The notes under the pieces were generated by a model. That model saw nothing but the letters and a program-made list of their open reading frames with translations. It was not told the origin of the DNA and searched no databases. From an uncultured Alphaproteobacteria bacterium (lineage in GTDB: Bacteria > Pseudomonadota > Alphaproteobacteria > Rhizobiales > Rhodomicrobiaceae), in contig CAWJHQ010000013.1 of the NCBI GenBank assembly GCA_963842775.1, positions 162,896-226,895 on the forward strand: DNA of 64,000 nt. The letters run 5' to 3'. The position numbers and the translations under genes are program-made. Positions 9,655 to 19,756 of this stretch are shown here, in pieces (position 1 is the stretch's first letter; each line of letters starts with the position of its first letter).

Positions 9655-11418
9655 ATGGGGATCGCTGCCTTCATCATCGCGGGAGGGCTTTCCAGCCTCG
9701 CATTCGCGCAGGCTTCGCTGACCGCCACCACGACCACCGTCGCTTCTTCGCTGGATCGGAGTATTCCGGGGCAGTCCATCGACTTCACAGCAACCGTGAC
9801 AGCTCCCCTTGGTACGCCAACCGGCGTGGTGATCTTTGCGGACGGTGGGAACAGGCTGGGCTCGGCTGCCCTGGAGGCAGACGGCAGAGCAGTGCTTTCC
9901 GCTCCCCCGCTGGCGGAGGGGAGCCACGCGATTACTGCGCGATATGAGGGTGATGCGCTCTTCGCCGGGTCTGTATCTCCAGTGCTGACGCAAATAGTCC
10001 TGCCGGCTACCGCTGCCCCAGATCAAGTTCCGGCGGGGACTGTCCTGCTCGCCGTGATCGTATTCGTAGCGTTGTTGCTGCTGCTGCGACGCTCCGTTTT
10101 CCTGTTGATCGGGCGGATATTCAGACTACTCTGGCGACTGATCGTGCGCATCGTCAGGCTGGTTGCAAAGCCGACCGTCCGGCTCCTGCGCTCGCTTCGC
10201 TTAATCTCCAAAGCGCAGCCCAAAGGCCAACCCGCCGCAGCGGTACAATCGGTTGTGGGACTGAGCGCGGTGGCGTTGGCCCAAGCTTTTTCCAGCGAAA
10301 CCGAAGAGGCAATCGCCAGGAATTTTGATCCCGCCTCGATCAGAATACAGCGCAATAAGCAGTTCTTCTGCACTTGGCTCTCGCCCTTGGGCGATCCGTA
10401 TGTGCCTTACGACAACGCAAAGGCGGAGGCGGACCTCAAAAGCGCAAAGCATTTCTTCAGCGCGGAGATTCCAACGGAATCGAACGCCCTGAATTTGTAC
10501 GACGATATAGATGGCGCGTTTGTCGTGAATTTGCTGAAGGACAGCGATAACTCCTGTTTTTACGTGCTTTCAGAGTTCAAGAAGGTGATCAACGGCAATG
10601 TCATCGTGCTAGCGGTGCTGTTTTCATTCATTGTTTCGGTTGTCGCGGTTGCAAATATACTATTATCCACGTCGATTGATTTCTATTTAATGTTTGGCCT
10701 CGAAAAACATCTGCCTATTCACGCAGAACTGTTCGGCCGGAATTTCGAACTCAGCGCAACGCCGGATTTCTTCAATAAAATGGTGTTCGGCAGCCTGTCA
10801 TGTTTGGCAGGGTATTTCCTGATGTGGTTCTTCTATTACACTGAATATGCTCAATTTCAGCGGAATAACGGGCAGCAGATGAGCAATTTTCTTGTCGAAT
10901 ATCTTGCCAGTATCAACAGCAATTTCCGCCAAATCCATACGAATGCGACCCAGACCATCCTTGAGGAAAAAGACGTCCTCGAAATGAAGCATGACACCGC
11001 GCTGTGGATAACAAATCTACAGTGGACGGCGTTCCGGGCATTCTTTGTTGAGCATTTTCTTAGAAATATGCTTTTTCAGATTCGCCGCAACTGCAGTTAC
11101 TATCTGTTGCTCATTCCTCTCTGTTTTATCCTGGCAATCCTGGTTACCGCGGCAGCGTTTGACATAAGACAACTTAGCGTTTTAGACCTAAATTCTAATG
11201 TATATCAGCAGAATAGTTTCTATCCATTCTTCGCGTGGCTGCTTTTTACCTATTACGGATATTTGAGCAAGTCCGTGTCCTTCATATGGGAGTCGATCGA
11301 AAAGCGCAGATGGTTCAGGTTCCAAGAGCTGAACCTGCAGGACGCGATGACGCGGATCATGGACTCTTACGTGGTACAGCTTGACCGCTGGCGGAGCATG
11401 ATGAAGTCGCGAGGGTGA
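9655..11418 (+). CDS. Chimeric membrane protein: signal peptide, a bacterial Ig-like (Big_3-type) exodomain, a TM helix, an Arg-rich amphipathic segment, then a low-GC C-terminal module with four predicted TM helices. Function unknown.
   Basis: MGIAAFIIAGGLSSLAFAQA signal peptide. The Ig-like motif is ...TTTTVASSLDRSIPGQSIDFTATVTAPLGTPTGVVIFADGGNRLGSAALEADGRAVL...HAITARYEGDALFAGSVSPVLTQIV. The TM helix is VLLAVIVFVALLLLL, followed by RRSVFLLIGRIFRLLWRLIVRIVRLVAK. The region from ~10.35 kb to the stop drops to ~45% GC against ~65% upstream. The ORF is continuous from 9322, and the exact start is uncertain (9598 or 9655). Confidence 0.55.
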   Translation: MGIAAFIIAGGLSSLAFAQASLTATTTTVASSLDRSIPGQSIDFTATVTAPLGTPTGVVIFADGGNRLGSAALEADGRAVLSAPPLAEGSHAITARYEGDALFAGSVSPVLTQIVLPATAAPDQVPAGTVLLAVIVFVALLLLLRRSVFLLIGRIFRLLWRLIVRIVRLVAKPTVRLLRSLRLISKAQPKGQPAAAVQSVVGLSAVALAQAFSSETEEAIARNFDPASIRIQRNKQFFCTWLSPLGDPYVPYDNAKAEADLKSAKHFFSAEIPTESNALNLYDDIDGAFVVNLLKDSDNSCFYVLSEFKKVINGNVIVLAVLFSFIVSVVAVANILLSTSIDFYLMFGLEKHLPIHAELFGRNFELSATPDFFNKMVFGSLSCLAGYFLMWFFYYTEYAQFQRNNGQQMSNFLVEYLASINSNFRQIHTNATQTILEEKDVLEMKHDTALWITNLQWTAFRAFFVEHFLRNMLFQIRRNCSYYLLLIPLCFILAILVTAAAFDIRQLSVLDLNSNVYQQNSFYPFFAWLLFTYYGYLSKSVSFIWESIEKRRWFRFQELNLQDAMTRIMDSYVVQLDRWRSMMKSRG

Positions 11419-11473
11419 CCGGCCCGAGCCGGGCCTTGGCGGACGATCGACAAACCGCGCGAGCGGGGTTGAA

Positions 11474-11899
11474 GTGGAGGGGACTGCCATGACCGGTGAG
11501 AGCCACGGTCTTACAGGACTGTCGGCCATTCAGGCGCTGGACTACACGGTCATTCGCGTGCGCGACATGGAAGCGATGCGCGCCTTTTACGGGCGTACTT
11601 TGCGATTCCCGTTTGTGCGTGAATTATCGCCGAATTGGGTCGAGTATCGCATCGGCCCGAACATCCTGGCCCTGGCGGGCAGCTTCAATTTCGTCGAGAA
11701 CCAGGCGCTTGAGGCAGGCATAGCGACCGTGCAGCTTGCGTTCCGCGTGCCCTATGAGGCGGTAGACGTCTGTGCCGCGGAACTGACAGCGGCTGGAATC
11801 CCCCTCCTTTCGCCGCCGACCGACCAGCCCTGGCGGCACCGAACGCTCTTCTTCCGCGACCCTGACGGCAACCTTATGGAAATATATGCGGATTTCTGA
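11474..11899 (+). CDS. VOC family protein (glyoxalase/bleomycin-resistance/dioxygenase fold)
   Basis: LDYTVIRVRDMEAMRAFYGRTLRFP...FRDPDGNLMEIY matches the paired beta-alpha-beta-beta-beta VOC signature. Confidence 0.75.
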   Translation: MEGTAMTGESHGLTGLSAIQALDYTVIRVRDMEAMRAFYGRTLRFPFVRELSPNWVEYRIGPNILALAGSFNFVENQALEAGIATVQLAFRVPYEAVDVCAAELTAAGIPLLSPPTDQPWRHRTLFFRDPDGNLMEIYADF

Positions 11900-11919
11900 C
11901 TCTCTGCGCGCTGACGCGG

Positions 11920-12393
11920 TCATGCGGACGAGTTGAACAGGGGAACGATCTGCGTCCGCACAAAAGCAATGCGGCTGTCGAGGGCGGCGGCGTTTCGCTC
12001 GGTCGGGTCGGCATTCACGGGGGCGAGTTCGTCCAGCGGCCACTTATTGCGTACCGCCGTGACCCAATCCTGCATCACATCGCAATATGTCTGGAGCGCC
12101 GCAAGCGGCGTGGGGGCCGCCTCCGTCACCAGATAGCAAGGCGGGATATCGCCGACCACGGTCCAGAGCCACTCATCGACAGGGGGCGGCGAATCGATGC
12201 GGAACAGAAACACCGCCAGTATGCCGCCAATCCCCAAGCCGAAATAGCTTTCCGCGATCCCGTGGCACCACCGGAACGACTGGATGTATTCGGTAGCCTC
12301 ATGCAGCAGGGCGTGAAGCTGATCGGTCTCTTCCTCATCCTCGCCCATCATATGGGCGGCGGGCGTCACGCTTAACATATTCACATCCGTCAT
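11920..12393 (-). CDS. Hypothetical protein (157 aa), no recognisable family
   Basis: Clean ORF with genome-typical codon usage, acidic N-terminus (MMGEDEEETDQ) and one short hydrophobic segment (GLGIGGILAVFLF). Confidence 0.4.
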   Translation of the reverse strand: MTDVNMLSVTPAAHMMGEDEEETDQLHALLHEATEYIQSFRWCHGIAESYFGLGIGGILAVFLFRIDSPPPVDEWLWTVVGDIPPCYLVTEAAPTPLAALQTYCDVMQDWVTAVRNKWPLDELAPVNADPTERNAAALDSRIAFVRTQIVPLFNSSA

Positions 12394-12490
12394 CGCGACA
12401 TCCTTTATCGCGACTTACGAATGCCGCGCAAGGCGGTAGCGGCACGGAGGCGATCCGGCTTCAAGGCGATCCGCCCTCGCATTCCGCCCC

Positions 12491-13525
12491 TCACGCATAG
12501 CCGAGTTCGGCGAGGAAGCTGTCCATCCGGGCCATGCCCTCGGCCGCGGTGCCGCCCTTGGCGCGCTCGGCCTGGAGCACCAGCTTGGCGGCTTCCTTGA
12601 GCTTTGCCTTGACGTCGTCGGGGAACTGAATGACACGCACGCCCAGTTGCTTGATGGCCTTCTGCAGGGTCAGCTCTTCCTTGTGCTCATAATCGAATGT
12701 GCGGCGCCAATAGCGTTCCTCGAGTGTCGCCATGAGGATTTGCTGGAGGTCTTTCGGCAGCTTGTCGTAGGCGGCCTTGCTGAAGATGAACCCGTCCGCA
12801 TTGATGCAAAGCGGCGGGCGCACATGATATTTCGCGAAATCGTAAAGCTTCATGCTGAGCGCGCCTTGCGAGGCGCCCCAATGCGCGCCGTCCAGGACGC
12901 CGGTCTGGAGGGCCTTGTACAGCTCGCCGGGAGGCGTCGCCGTGGTCTTGGCGCCCGCCTCGGTCAGATAGGTGGCGAGCGTGCCGGTGGAGCGGACGGT
13001 GAGCGCGGAGAAATCGGCCAGGTTCTCGATCGGCTTCTTGACCACCAGCTCGGTCACGTAGGATTTCTCCGCCATGAACATGACGCCCTGCTTCAGCAGG
13101 TCGTCGGCAAAGATCTTTTCCCCGCCGAGATTCTTCAGGAAGTGCGCCGCCTCCCAGACCCGTTGAAACGTGCCGGGCATGCCGCCGACGATGCTGGCGG
13201 ATTTGACGTCGTTCTCGATGTAGGACGCCAGGATCGTTCCCATCTCGACGACGCCGCGCCGGACGGCATTGAAGATTTCCGCGCCCTTGAAGATCTCGCC
13301 CGACCCGTAGAGCTGCATCTTGAAGCGGCCGCCGGTGCGCTCGGCGAGCAGGTCGGCGATGATGGTCAGGCTGTCGGTGAAGGAGGCCGAGGCGGCCGGC
13401 CAATGCGACTGAACGCGCCACAGCACCTTCTGCTGCGCGCAGGCAATATTAGGAGCGGCAATGACCGCGCCGGCTGCGAGCGCCCCCGACAACACGGAAC
13501 GGCGGCTCGCTAAATGTTTTCGCAT
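12491..13525 (-). CDS. TRAP transporter substrate-binding protein (DctP family) with a Tat-type signal. It is an orphan: no DctQ/M is adjacent.
   Basis: RRSVLSGALAAGAVIAAPNIACAQQ signal, followed by the DctP-type fold signature (...YGSGEIFKGAEIFNAVRRGVVEMG...). Confidence 0.8.
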   Translation of the reverse strand: MRKHLASRRSVLSGALAAGAVIAAPNIACAQQKVLWRVQSHWPAASASFTDSLTIIADLLAERTGGRFKMQLYGSGEIFKGAEIFNAVRRGVVEMGTILASYIENDVKSASIVGGMPGTFQRVWEAAHFLKNLGGEKIFADDLLKQGVMFMAEKSYVTELVVKKPIENLADFSALTVRSTGTLATYLTEAGAKTTATPPGELYKALQTGVLDGAHWGASQGALSMKLYDFAKYHVRPPLCINADGFIFSKAAYDKLPKDLQQILMATLEERYWRRTFDYEHKEELTLQKAIKQLGVRVIQFPDDVKAKLKEAAKLVLQAERAKGGTAAEGMARMDSFLAELGYA

Positions 13526-13717
13526 TTTTCCCTCCCCACGCCATCGTTACTCGGCCCCGAGGGTAATATGCACCATCTGTAATCGCCCGCGCCCGTATTT
13601 TTGCTTTCCGGCGACGAATTACATTTTTGCATTTTGCGCGGAACTTCAATGCCATGCGCTCGCGCCGCCGGGCGGCTTGAACAGCGGGCACGCCTTCTCT
13701 AGGCTTTATCCGCAATC

Positions 13718-14962
13718 ATGCGGGAGGTTGGTATGGCAGAGTATTTCGATGCGGATGAAACGCGCGATCCGCTGACGCGCGAAGCCGCGCTGCTCGGTCG
13801 CCTGCCCGAGTTCATCGCCTATGCCCGCAAGGCGGCGCCAGGCTGGGCGCGGCATCTGCACGAGACCGGCCACGGTCCGGTCGCCAGCCGCGAGGCGCTT
13901 GCGGCGCTGCCGCTCCTGCGCAAATCCGACCTGCCGGAGATGCAGAAATCCGATCCCCCCTTTGGCGGCTTCGTGACCGGCAAGCCGGTGGCGCGCATCA
14001 TGGTGTCGCCCGGCCCGATCCACGAGCCGCAAGCCGCCGCGCCTGACCCGTGGCGCTTGGCGCGGGCGCTGTTCGCGGCCGGGTTCCGGCGCGGCGACAT
14101 CGTCCACAACGCCTTCGCCTATCATCTGACGCCGGCCGGCTTCATGCTGGACGAAGCGGCGCGCGCGCTCGGCTGCACCGTGATCCCGGCGGGGACGGGC
14201 AACACCGAACAGCAGGCCGAAGCCATTCTGCGCCTCAGGCCCGCAGCCTATGTCGGGACGCCCGATTTCCTGAAAGTGCTGCTCGACAAGGTCGCCGAAC
14301 TTGGCGGCGGGCCGTGCAGCATCACCAAGGCCCTCGTCTCGGGCGGCGCGCTGTTCCCCGCATTGCGCGCCGACTATGCCGCGCGCGGCGTTGCCGTGCT
14401 GCAATGCTACGCGACCGCCGAACTTGGCCTCATCGCTTATGAAAGCGCGGCGGATAGCGGCCTGATCGTGACGGAAGGCGCGCTTGTCGAAATCGTGCGC
14501 CCGGGCACCGGCGATCCCGTGCCGGAAGGCGAGGTCGGCGAAGTCGTGGTGACGAATTTCGACGAAACCTATCCGCTCATCCGCTTCGCGACCGGCGACC
14601 TGTCGGCGGTGATGCCGGGCCTCTCACCATGCGGGCGCACGGGCATGCGCCTCAAAGGATGGATGGGCCGCGCCGATCAGACGACCAAGGTGAAGGGCAT
14701 GTTCGTGCATCCGCGCGACATCGCCGAGATCGGCAAGCGGCATCCCGAGCTTGGGCGGTTGCGGCTGGTGGTCCGCCGCAGCGGCGATCAGGATGAGATG
14801 GTGCTGATGGCCGAGAGCGCGGCGGGCGCTGAGGAACTGCGGGCGCGAGTGGGCGAAACACTCGGCAGCGTCACGCGGCTGAAGGGGACGGTGGAATTCG
14901 CCGCGCCCGGGTCGCTGCCCAATGACGGCAAGGTCATCGCCGACGAACGGGATTATTCCTGA
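13718..14962 (+). CDS. Phenylacetate-CoA ligase family protein (PaaK-like adenylate-forming enzyme)
   Basis: PaaK-like N-domain, the motif YATAELGLIAYES and a C-terminal ...TKVKGMFVHPRDIAEI. The start may be at 13733 (MAEYFD). Confidence 0.75.
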   Translation: MREVGMAEYFDADETRDPLTREAALLGRLPEFIAYARKAAPGWARHLHETGHGPVASREALAALPLLRKSDLPEMQKSDPPFGGFVTGKPVARIMVSPGPIHEPQAAAPDPWRLARALFAAGFRRGDIVHNAFAYHLTPAGFMLDEAARALGCTVIPAGTGNTEQQAEAILRLRPAAYVGTPDFLKVLLDKVAELGGGPCSITKALVSGGALFPALRADYAARGVAVLQCYATAELGLIAYESAADSGLIVTEGALVEIVRPGTGDPVPEGEVGEVVVTNFDETYPLIRFATGDLSAVMPGLSPCGRTGMRLKGWMGRADQTTKVKGMFVHPRDIAEIGKRHPELGRLRLVVRRSGDQDEMVLMAESAAGAEELRARVGETLGSVTRLKGTVEFAAPGSLPNDGKVIADERDYS

Positions 14963-15389
14963 GGATCCAGAAGTGATCGCGGATGGAATGTCACGGCCGC
15001 TTCGGCGCGGGAACGTCGGCGACTCGGCAATCCGGACCGCAATCCTCTCCTCGCTTGATGCTCATTCATTCGTAATAACCCTTATCGATTGGCCGGCGAT
15101 CTGGCAGGATAGTGTCAGAAATATAAAGCCGCAGACTGGGAGCGATGGAGCCGCGCAATAGCGAGGCCATCGGTCCGCTTTGCCGAGCTATGCATTCAAC
15201 AAATAGCGGCTAGGACATCGTGCGCAAAAACGGGAATCAGTTTGCGCGATACGATCGAGCAAAAACAAAGAGTTAGAGCATATGCGCGATTCCCTCGAGC
15301 GCATTCCGCTCTGACCGGCTGCGGCGCATGCCCGTGGCCGGGCGGTAGGTGGCGGCCGTCTGAGCACGCCATCAAGGGCACACTGGGGA

Positions 15390-16565
15390 GTGGGAGACCT
15401 GATGATGAGAATGATCGGAATGCTCAAGTCGATCGGTTGCGCGGCCATTCTGCCGCTATTGGCCGGCGCGGCTTCGGCTCAGGATATCAAGCTGCCGGAA
15501 TCATTGACGTTCACGGCCTACGATACCGGCTCCTCGGGCTTCAACATCGCGGTTGCCGTCGGCAACGCCCTCAAGGATAAGCACGGCTCCAATGTGCGTG
15601 TGCTGCCGGCGGGCAATGATGTGGCCCGGCTGGCGCCGCTCAAGGCCAATCGCGCCCAGGCGTCCGCCATGGGCATCGGCATCTATTTCGCGCAGGAAGG
15701 CGTGTTCGAGTTCGGCGTCAAGGAGTGGGGCCCGCAACCGCTGCGCGTGATGCTTTCGGTTACGGACTGCAATGCCGTCTCGCTCGGCGTGGCGAAGGAT
15801 GTGGGTGTCAAGGAGATCAAGGACCTCAAGGGCAAGCGCGTCGGCATCGTCGTCGGCGCCCCGGCGCTCAACCAGAATGCCTACGCCGTCCTCGCTTTCG
15901 CCGGCCTGACGAAAGATGACGTCAAACTGGTCGAGTTCTCCGGCTACGGCGCCATGTGGAAGGGGATGCTCAACAATGAGGTCGACGCGGCTATCGCCTC
16001 CACCATTTCCGGCCAGGTCAAGGAAGTCGAGACCTCGCCGCGCGGCGTCATGTATCCGTCGGCTCCGGCAGCCGATAAGGAAGGCTGGGCGCGTCTGCGC
16101 AAGATCGGACCTTACTACTATCCGCACCCGACCACCTGCGGTCCCGGCATCACCAAAGACAATCCGGTGGAGATACCCTCCTATCCCTATCCCATCTTCA
16201 TGGCCTACGCGTCTCAGCCGGCCGATCTCGTTTACAGTCTCACCAAGGCGATGATCGTCGATTACGACGCCTATAAGGACGCGGCGCCGGGCGCGACCGG
16301 CCTCGACGTCAAGCGGCAGAATCTCACCTGGGTGGTGCCGTACCACGAGGGGGCGGTGAAGGCGCTGAAGGAAGCAGGCGTCTGGACGGCGGAGCACGAC
16401 ACCTACAATCAGAACCTCATCAAGCGCCAGGACACGCTGGCCGAGGCATGGGCCGCTTACGTCAAGAGCAACCCTGCCGGCGACGAAGCCGCCTTCGCCA
16501 AGGGCTGGATGGCGGCGCGCAAGGATGCGCTGGTGAAAGCCGGATTCGACCCGATCTTCGAATAA
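15390..16565 (+). CDS. TAXI-family TRAP transporter solute receptor
   Basis: Signal peptide, then ...TGSSGFNIAVAVGNALKDKHGSNVRVLPAGNDVARL... and ...YPHPTTCGPGITKDNPVEIPSYPY typical of TAXI substrate-binding proteins. Confidence 0.85.
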   Translation: MGDLMMRMIGMLKSIGCAAILPLLAGAASAQDIKLPESLTFTAYDTGSSGFNIAVAVGNALKDKHGSNVRVLPAGNDVARLAPLKANRAQASAMGIGIYFAQEGVFEFGVKEWGPQPLRVMLSVTDCNAVSLGVAKDVGVKEIKDLKGKRVGIVVGAPALNQNAYAVLAFAGLTKDDVKLVEFSGYGAMWKGMLNNEVDAAIASTISGQVKEVETSPRGVMYPSAPAADKEGWARLRKIGPYYYPHPTTCGPGITKDNPVEIPSYPYPIFMAYASQPADLVYSLTKAMIVDYDAYKDAAPGATGLDVKRQNLTWVVPYHEGAVKALKEAGVWTAEHDTYNQNLIKRQDTLAEAWAAYVKSNPAGDEAAFAKGWMAARKDALVKAGFDPIFE

Positions 16566-16706
16566 TTCATAGGGCGTTGCCGGACGCCGGCAAGCGTACC
16601 GGGGGAGGAGCAGGCGCCGAGCGTCCCACCGCCGCGTGGCCGTGGGGCCGGCGCGCGTCCACATCCCGGAATAGCCGCCTACGGTTCGCAACGCGCCCAA
16701 TCAAGG

Positions 16707-18786
16707 ATGGCGACCCCCGTGTCTTCGAGCGCAGAACAATTCGGCGCATCCCCGCTGCCGCCCAAGGGCAATATCGAATTCGAAGATCCGCACGCTTTCA
16801 GCGGACCCGTCGAGGCCGAGGTCGCGCGTGTGCGCAAGCTCACCGGCTTCTGGCGCTGGCTGCTCATCGTCGGCGACGGCAGCGACCATTTTCCTCTGCG
16901 TCAACCAGCAGTTCACGTTGCGTTTCTTCGTCGGCTACACCCAGCTCAACACGGAATATTTCTACGTCCTCATTCTGTGCATGCTGCCCTTCACCTTCCT
17001 GATCTTTCCCGCGACGAACTCTGCCCCGCTTGAGCGCGTGCCCTGGTACGACGTCGCGCTCTTCCTCGCGACGGTCGTCACATCCGCCTACCTCATGACC
17101 AGCGTGCGCAAGGCCGCCGAACTCGGCTGGGAATATTCCGGCGCGCCTATGCCCGTGGTGGTCGCGGGCATCGCCCTGTGGATCCTGCTGATGGAGGCCT
17201 TGCGCCGTACCGGCGGCTGGAGCCTGCTCTTGAGCGTGCTTCCCTTCACGGTCTATCCGCTATTTGCCGATGCGCAGTGGCTCGGGCCCTTGCGTGGCCA
17301 GCAATCGACGCTGGAGCAGGCCGCCGCCTATCACACCCTGTCCAATGAGAGCGTGCTGGGCATCCCCCTCCAGGCCTTCGCCGACACGGTCATCGGCTTC
17401 CTCGTCTTCGGCACCGCGCTGATGATGACGGGGGCAGGCAAGTTCTTCATCAATCTCGCCTTCGCGCTGTGCGGCACGTTCCGGGGCGGCGCCGCCAAAG
17501 TGGCCATCTTCGCCAGCGGCATGCTCGGCATGATGTCCGGCAGCATCGTCTCGAATGTGCTGACCGCCGGGACCATGACCATCCCGGTGATGAAGAAGAC
17601 CGGCTTCCGCGCATCCTATGCCGGCGCCATCGAAGCCTGCGCCTCCACGGGCGCCGTGCTGGCCCCGCCGGTGATGGGCGCGACCGCCTTCGTCATCGCG
17701 CAGTTCCTCAATGTCAGTTATGCCGAGGTTGCTGTCGCGGCGATCATTCCCGCCACGCTCTACTATGTCGGGCTGTTCACGCAGGTGGACTCCTACGCCG
17801 CCCGGCATGGCCTGAAGGGCATTCACCGCAGCGAGCTCCCCAGCGTCGTCACCACCCTCAAGGAGGGCTGGTACTACGTCTTCGTCATCGCGCTGCTGAT
17901 CGTCATGCTGCTGTATTTCAAGCGCGAAAGCCACGCGCCGTTTTATGCCACGGTGCTGCTGCTCGTTCTGAACCAGCTCTTCTCAGAAGGGTCGCGCTGG
18001 ACATGGCGCACGATTCCGCAATTCCTGGAGGCCAATGGCCGCACATTCGTCGAGCTGATTGCAATACTGGCCGGCTGCGGCCTCTTGATCGGCGCCTTCT
18101 CGATGACCGGTGTCGTTTCCTCGCTCGCCGGCGACCTGTTGCGCATCGCCGGCGACAACGCGCTGCTCCTGCTCGCCATGTGCGCCGTCACCAGCCTGGT
18201 GCTGGGCCTCGGGCTCACCACCACGGCGTGCTATATCTTCCTCGCCATCCTGGTCGCGCCCGCGCTGGAAAAGCTCGGCTTGAACAAGATGGCGGTGCAT
18301 ATGTTCATCTTCTATTGGGGGATGCTGTCCGCCATCACGCCGCCCGTGGCGATCGCCTCCTTCGCGGCGGCGGGCATCGCCGGGGCTCCGGCCATGAAGA
18401 CGGGCTGGGAATCGATGCGCGTCGGCAGCATCATCTATTTCATTCCATTCTTCTTCGTCCTCAATCCCGCGCTCGTGCTGCAGGGCGACAACCCTTATCT
18501 GGAGGCCCTCGGCCTTACCCTCCTTGCGGTTGCCGGCACGCTGGTGATCTGCGGCGGCATTCAGGGCTATCAGGCCGGCGTGGGCGATCTGCGCCGCACG
18601 GGATCGCTGGAATGGCCGCTGCGCATCCTGCTGATCGTCGGCGGCTTCATCCTGGCGACGCCGGGCGGCGGCATCCTGGCCTTTTCGCAAGCGCAGGTGA
18701 CGGGGTGCGGCCTGCTCGTGCTCGTGCCGACGCTCCTCGTCGCGCGATTGCTGGCGCGGCGCGGCGAGGCTGGCGCGTTTGGGTGA
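16707..18786 (+). CDS. TAXI-type TRAP transporter fused permease (4TM+12TM). The N-terminus (16707-~16880) and body (16828-18786) are in different frames, an apparent frameshift near 16880.
   Basis: RKLTGFWRWLLIV start, then a multi-TM body with AIFASGMLGMMSGSIVSNVL...VLAPPVMGATAFVIAQFL typical of DctM-like fused permeases. It lies immediately downstream of the TAXI receptor gene. Confidence 0.8.
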
Positions 18787-18950
18787 GACAAGGCGCGACC
18801 CGTGAGTGGAGGAGCGGCACTCGGCTATTCAGTAAGCTGTTCTAGCGCGGGATCGGTTGAAGTGGAAACATCGAAGCCGGAGGCCCGCTCTCGATCTTTG
18901 CTGGTCGCTCGATCGACGGAAAACCGGATTCCACTTTTCCTGATCGCGCT

Positions 18951-19562
18951 CTAGAAACGATAGCCGTAGCGGATCCCGAGGCGATCCATGCCTTCGTTGG
19001 AGTCCTGCGTGTTGGCGTTGGAGATGTGCTCGAAATACAGCGAAAAGCTGCTGTGCTCATCGAAGCGGTATCCGAGTTCGGCAGGGATGTGGAATAGCAG
19101 GCGCGAGCCGAGCGCCTTTTTGTCGGGATCGGTAGGGTCCAGATTGCCGTCATGGATCGCAGCGCCGACGCCCACGCCGAAGAAGATGCCGGCCTCTGTC
19201 TCATATTGCCAGCGCGCATCGATATAGGCGTGGCTCGTCTGCCCTTGCGTGTTGATCGTCGCGCCGATCGCGGGCCGGATCGTGCCGCCGAAAAACGCCG
19301 CCGACGGAGAGAGCAGCGCCTCGATATTGATGTCGACGCTTTCCTCCTCGCGGCGGAAACCGCTCCAGAGATCGGGCGTGTCATGATCGAGCACGCCAAT
19401 CCTGACCTCGGAAAAGAGGTCGCCAGCCGAAACGGGCGTCGCGCAGCCGATCGCTAAAAGCAGGGCGGCCGTCAGCCGGCGGAGATTGGAATGCGGAGAT
19501 GCCACGGAGTGCTTCCTCGGTGAATTCGGCCTCACTCTAAGCCATGCGCCGGATGGCCGCAA
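18951..19562 (-). CDS. pagL: Outer-membrane lipid A 3-O-deacylase (PagL-like) / acyloxyacyl hydrolase family
   Basis: Signal peptide LRRLTAALLLAIGCATPVSA and a beta-barrel terminating ...EGMDRLGIRYGYRF, with HxS-like catalytic residues. The true start is probably GTG near 19505, which has a GAGGAAG RBS. Confidence 0.6.
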   Translation of the reverse strand: MRPSGAWLRVRPNSPRKHSVASPHSNLRRLTAALLLAIGCATPVSAGDLFSEVRIGVLDHDTPDLWSGFRREEESVDINIEALLSPSAAFFGGTIRPAIGATINTQGQTSHAYIDARWQYETEAGIFFGVGVGAAIHDGNLDPTDPDKKALGSRLLFHIPAELGYRFDEHSSFSLYFEHISNANTQDSNEGMDRLGIRYGYRF

Positions 19563-19756
19563 CTCCGCTTGAGTTGTGAGCGGAGCAGCCCCTCCCGCCG
19601 CTCTCGAGCCTAATCCGTTCTCAAATGGTTAGAGCGGCAGCTATCATTTTGTTCGTACGCAGTGTTTTTTGGCAAGGCAGCGTGAGATGCGCACAGCTGT
19701 TGGCGCTCTCCCCTGTAGCGCCAACACAACAAGCGCCGCGAATCGCGGCGCGTGAC

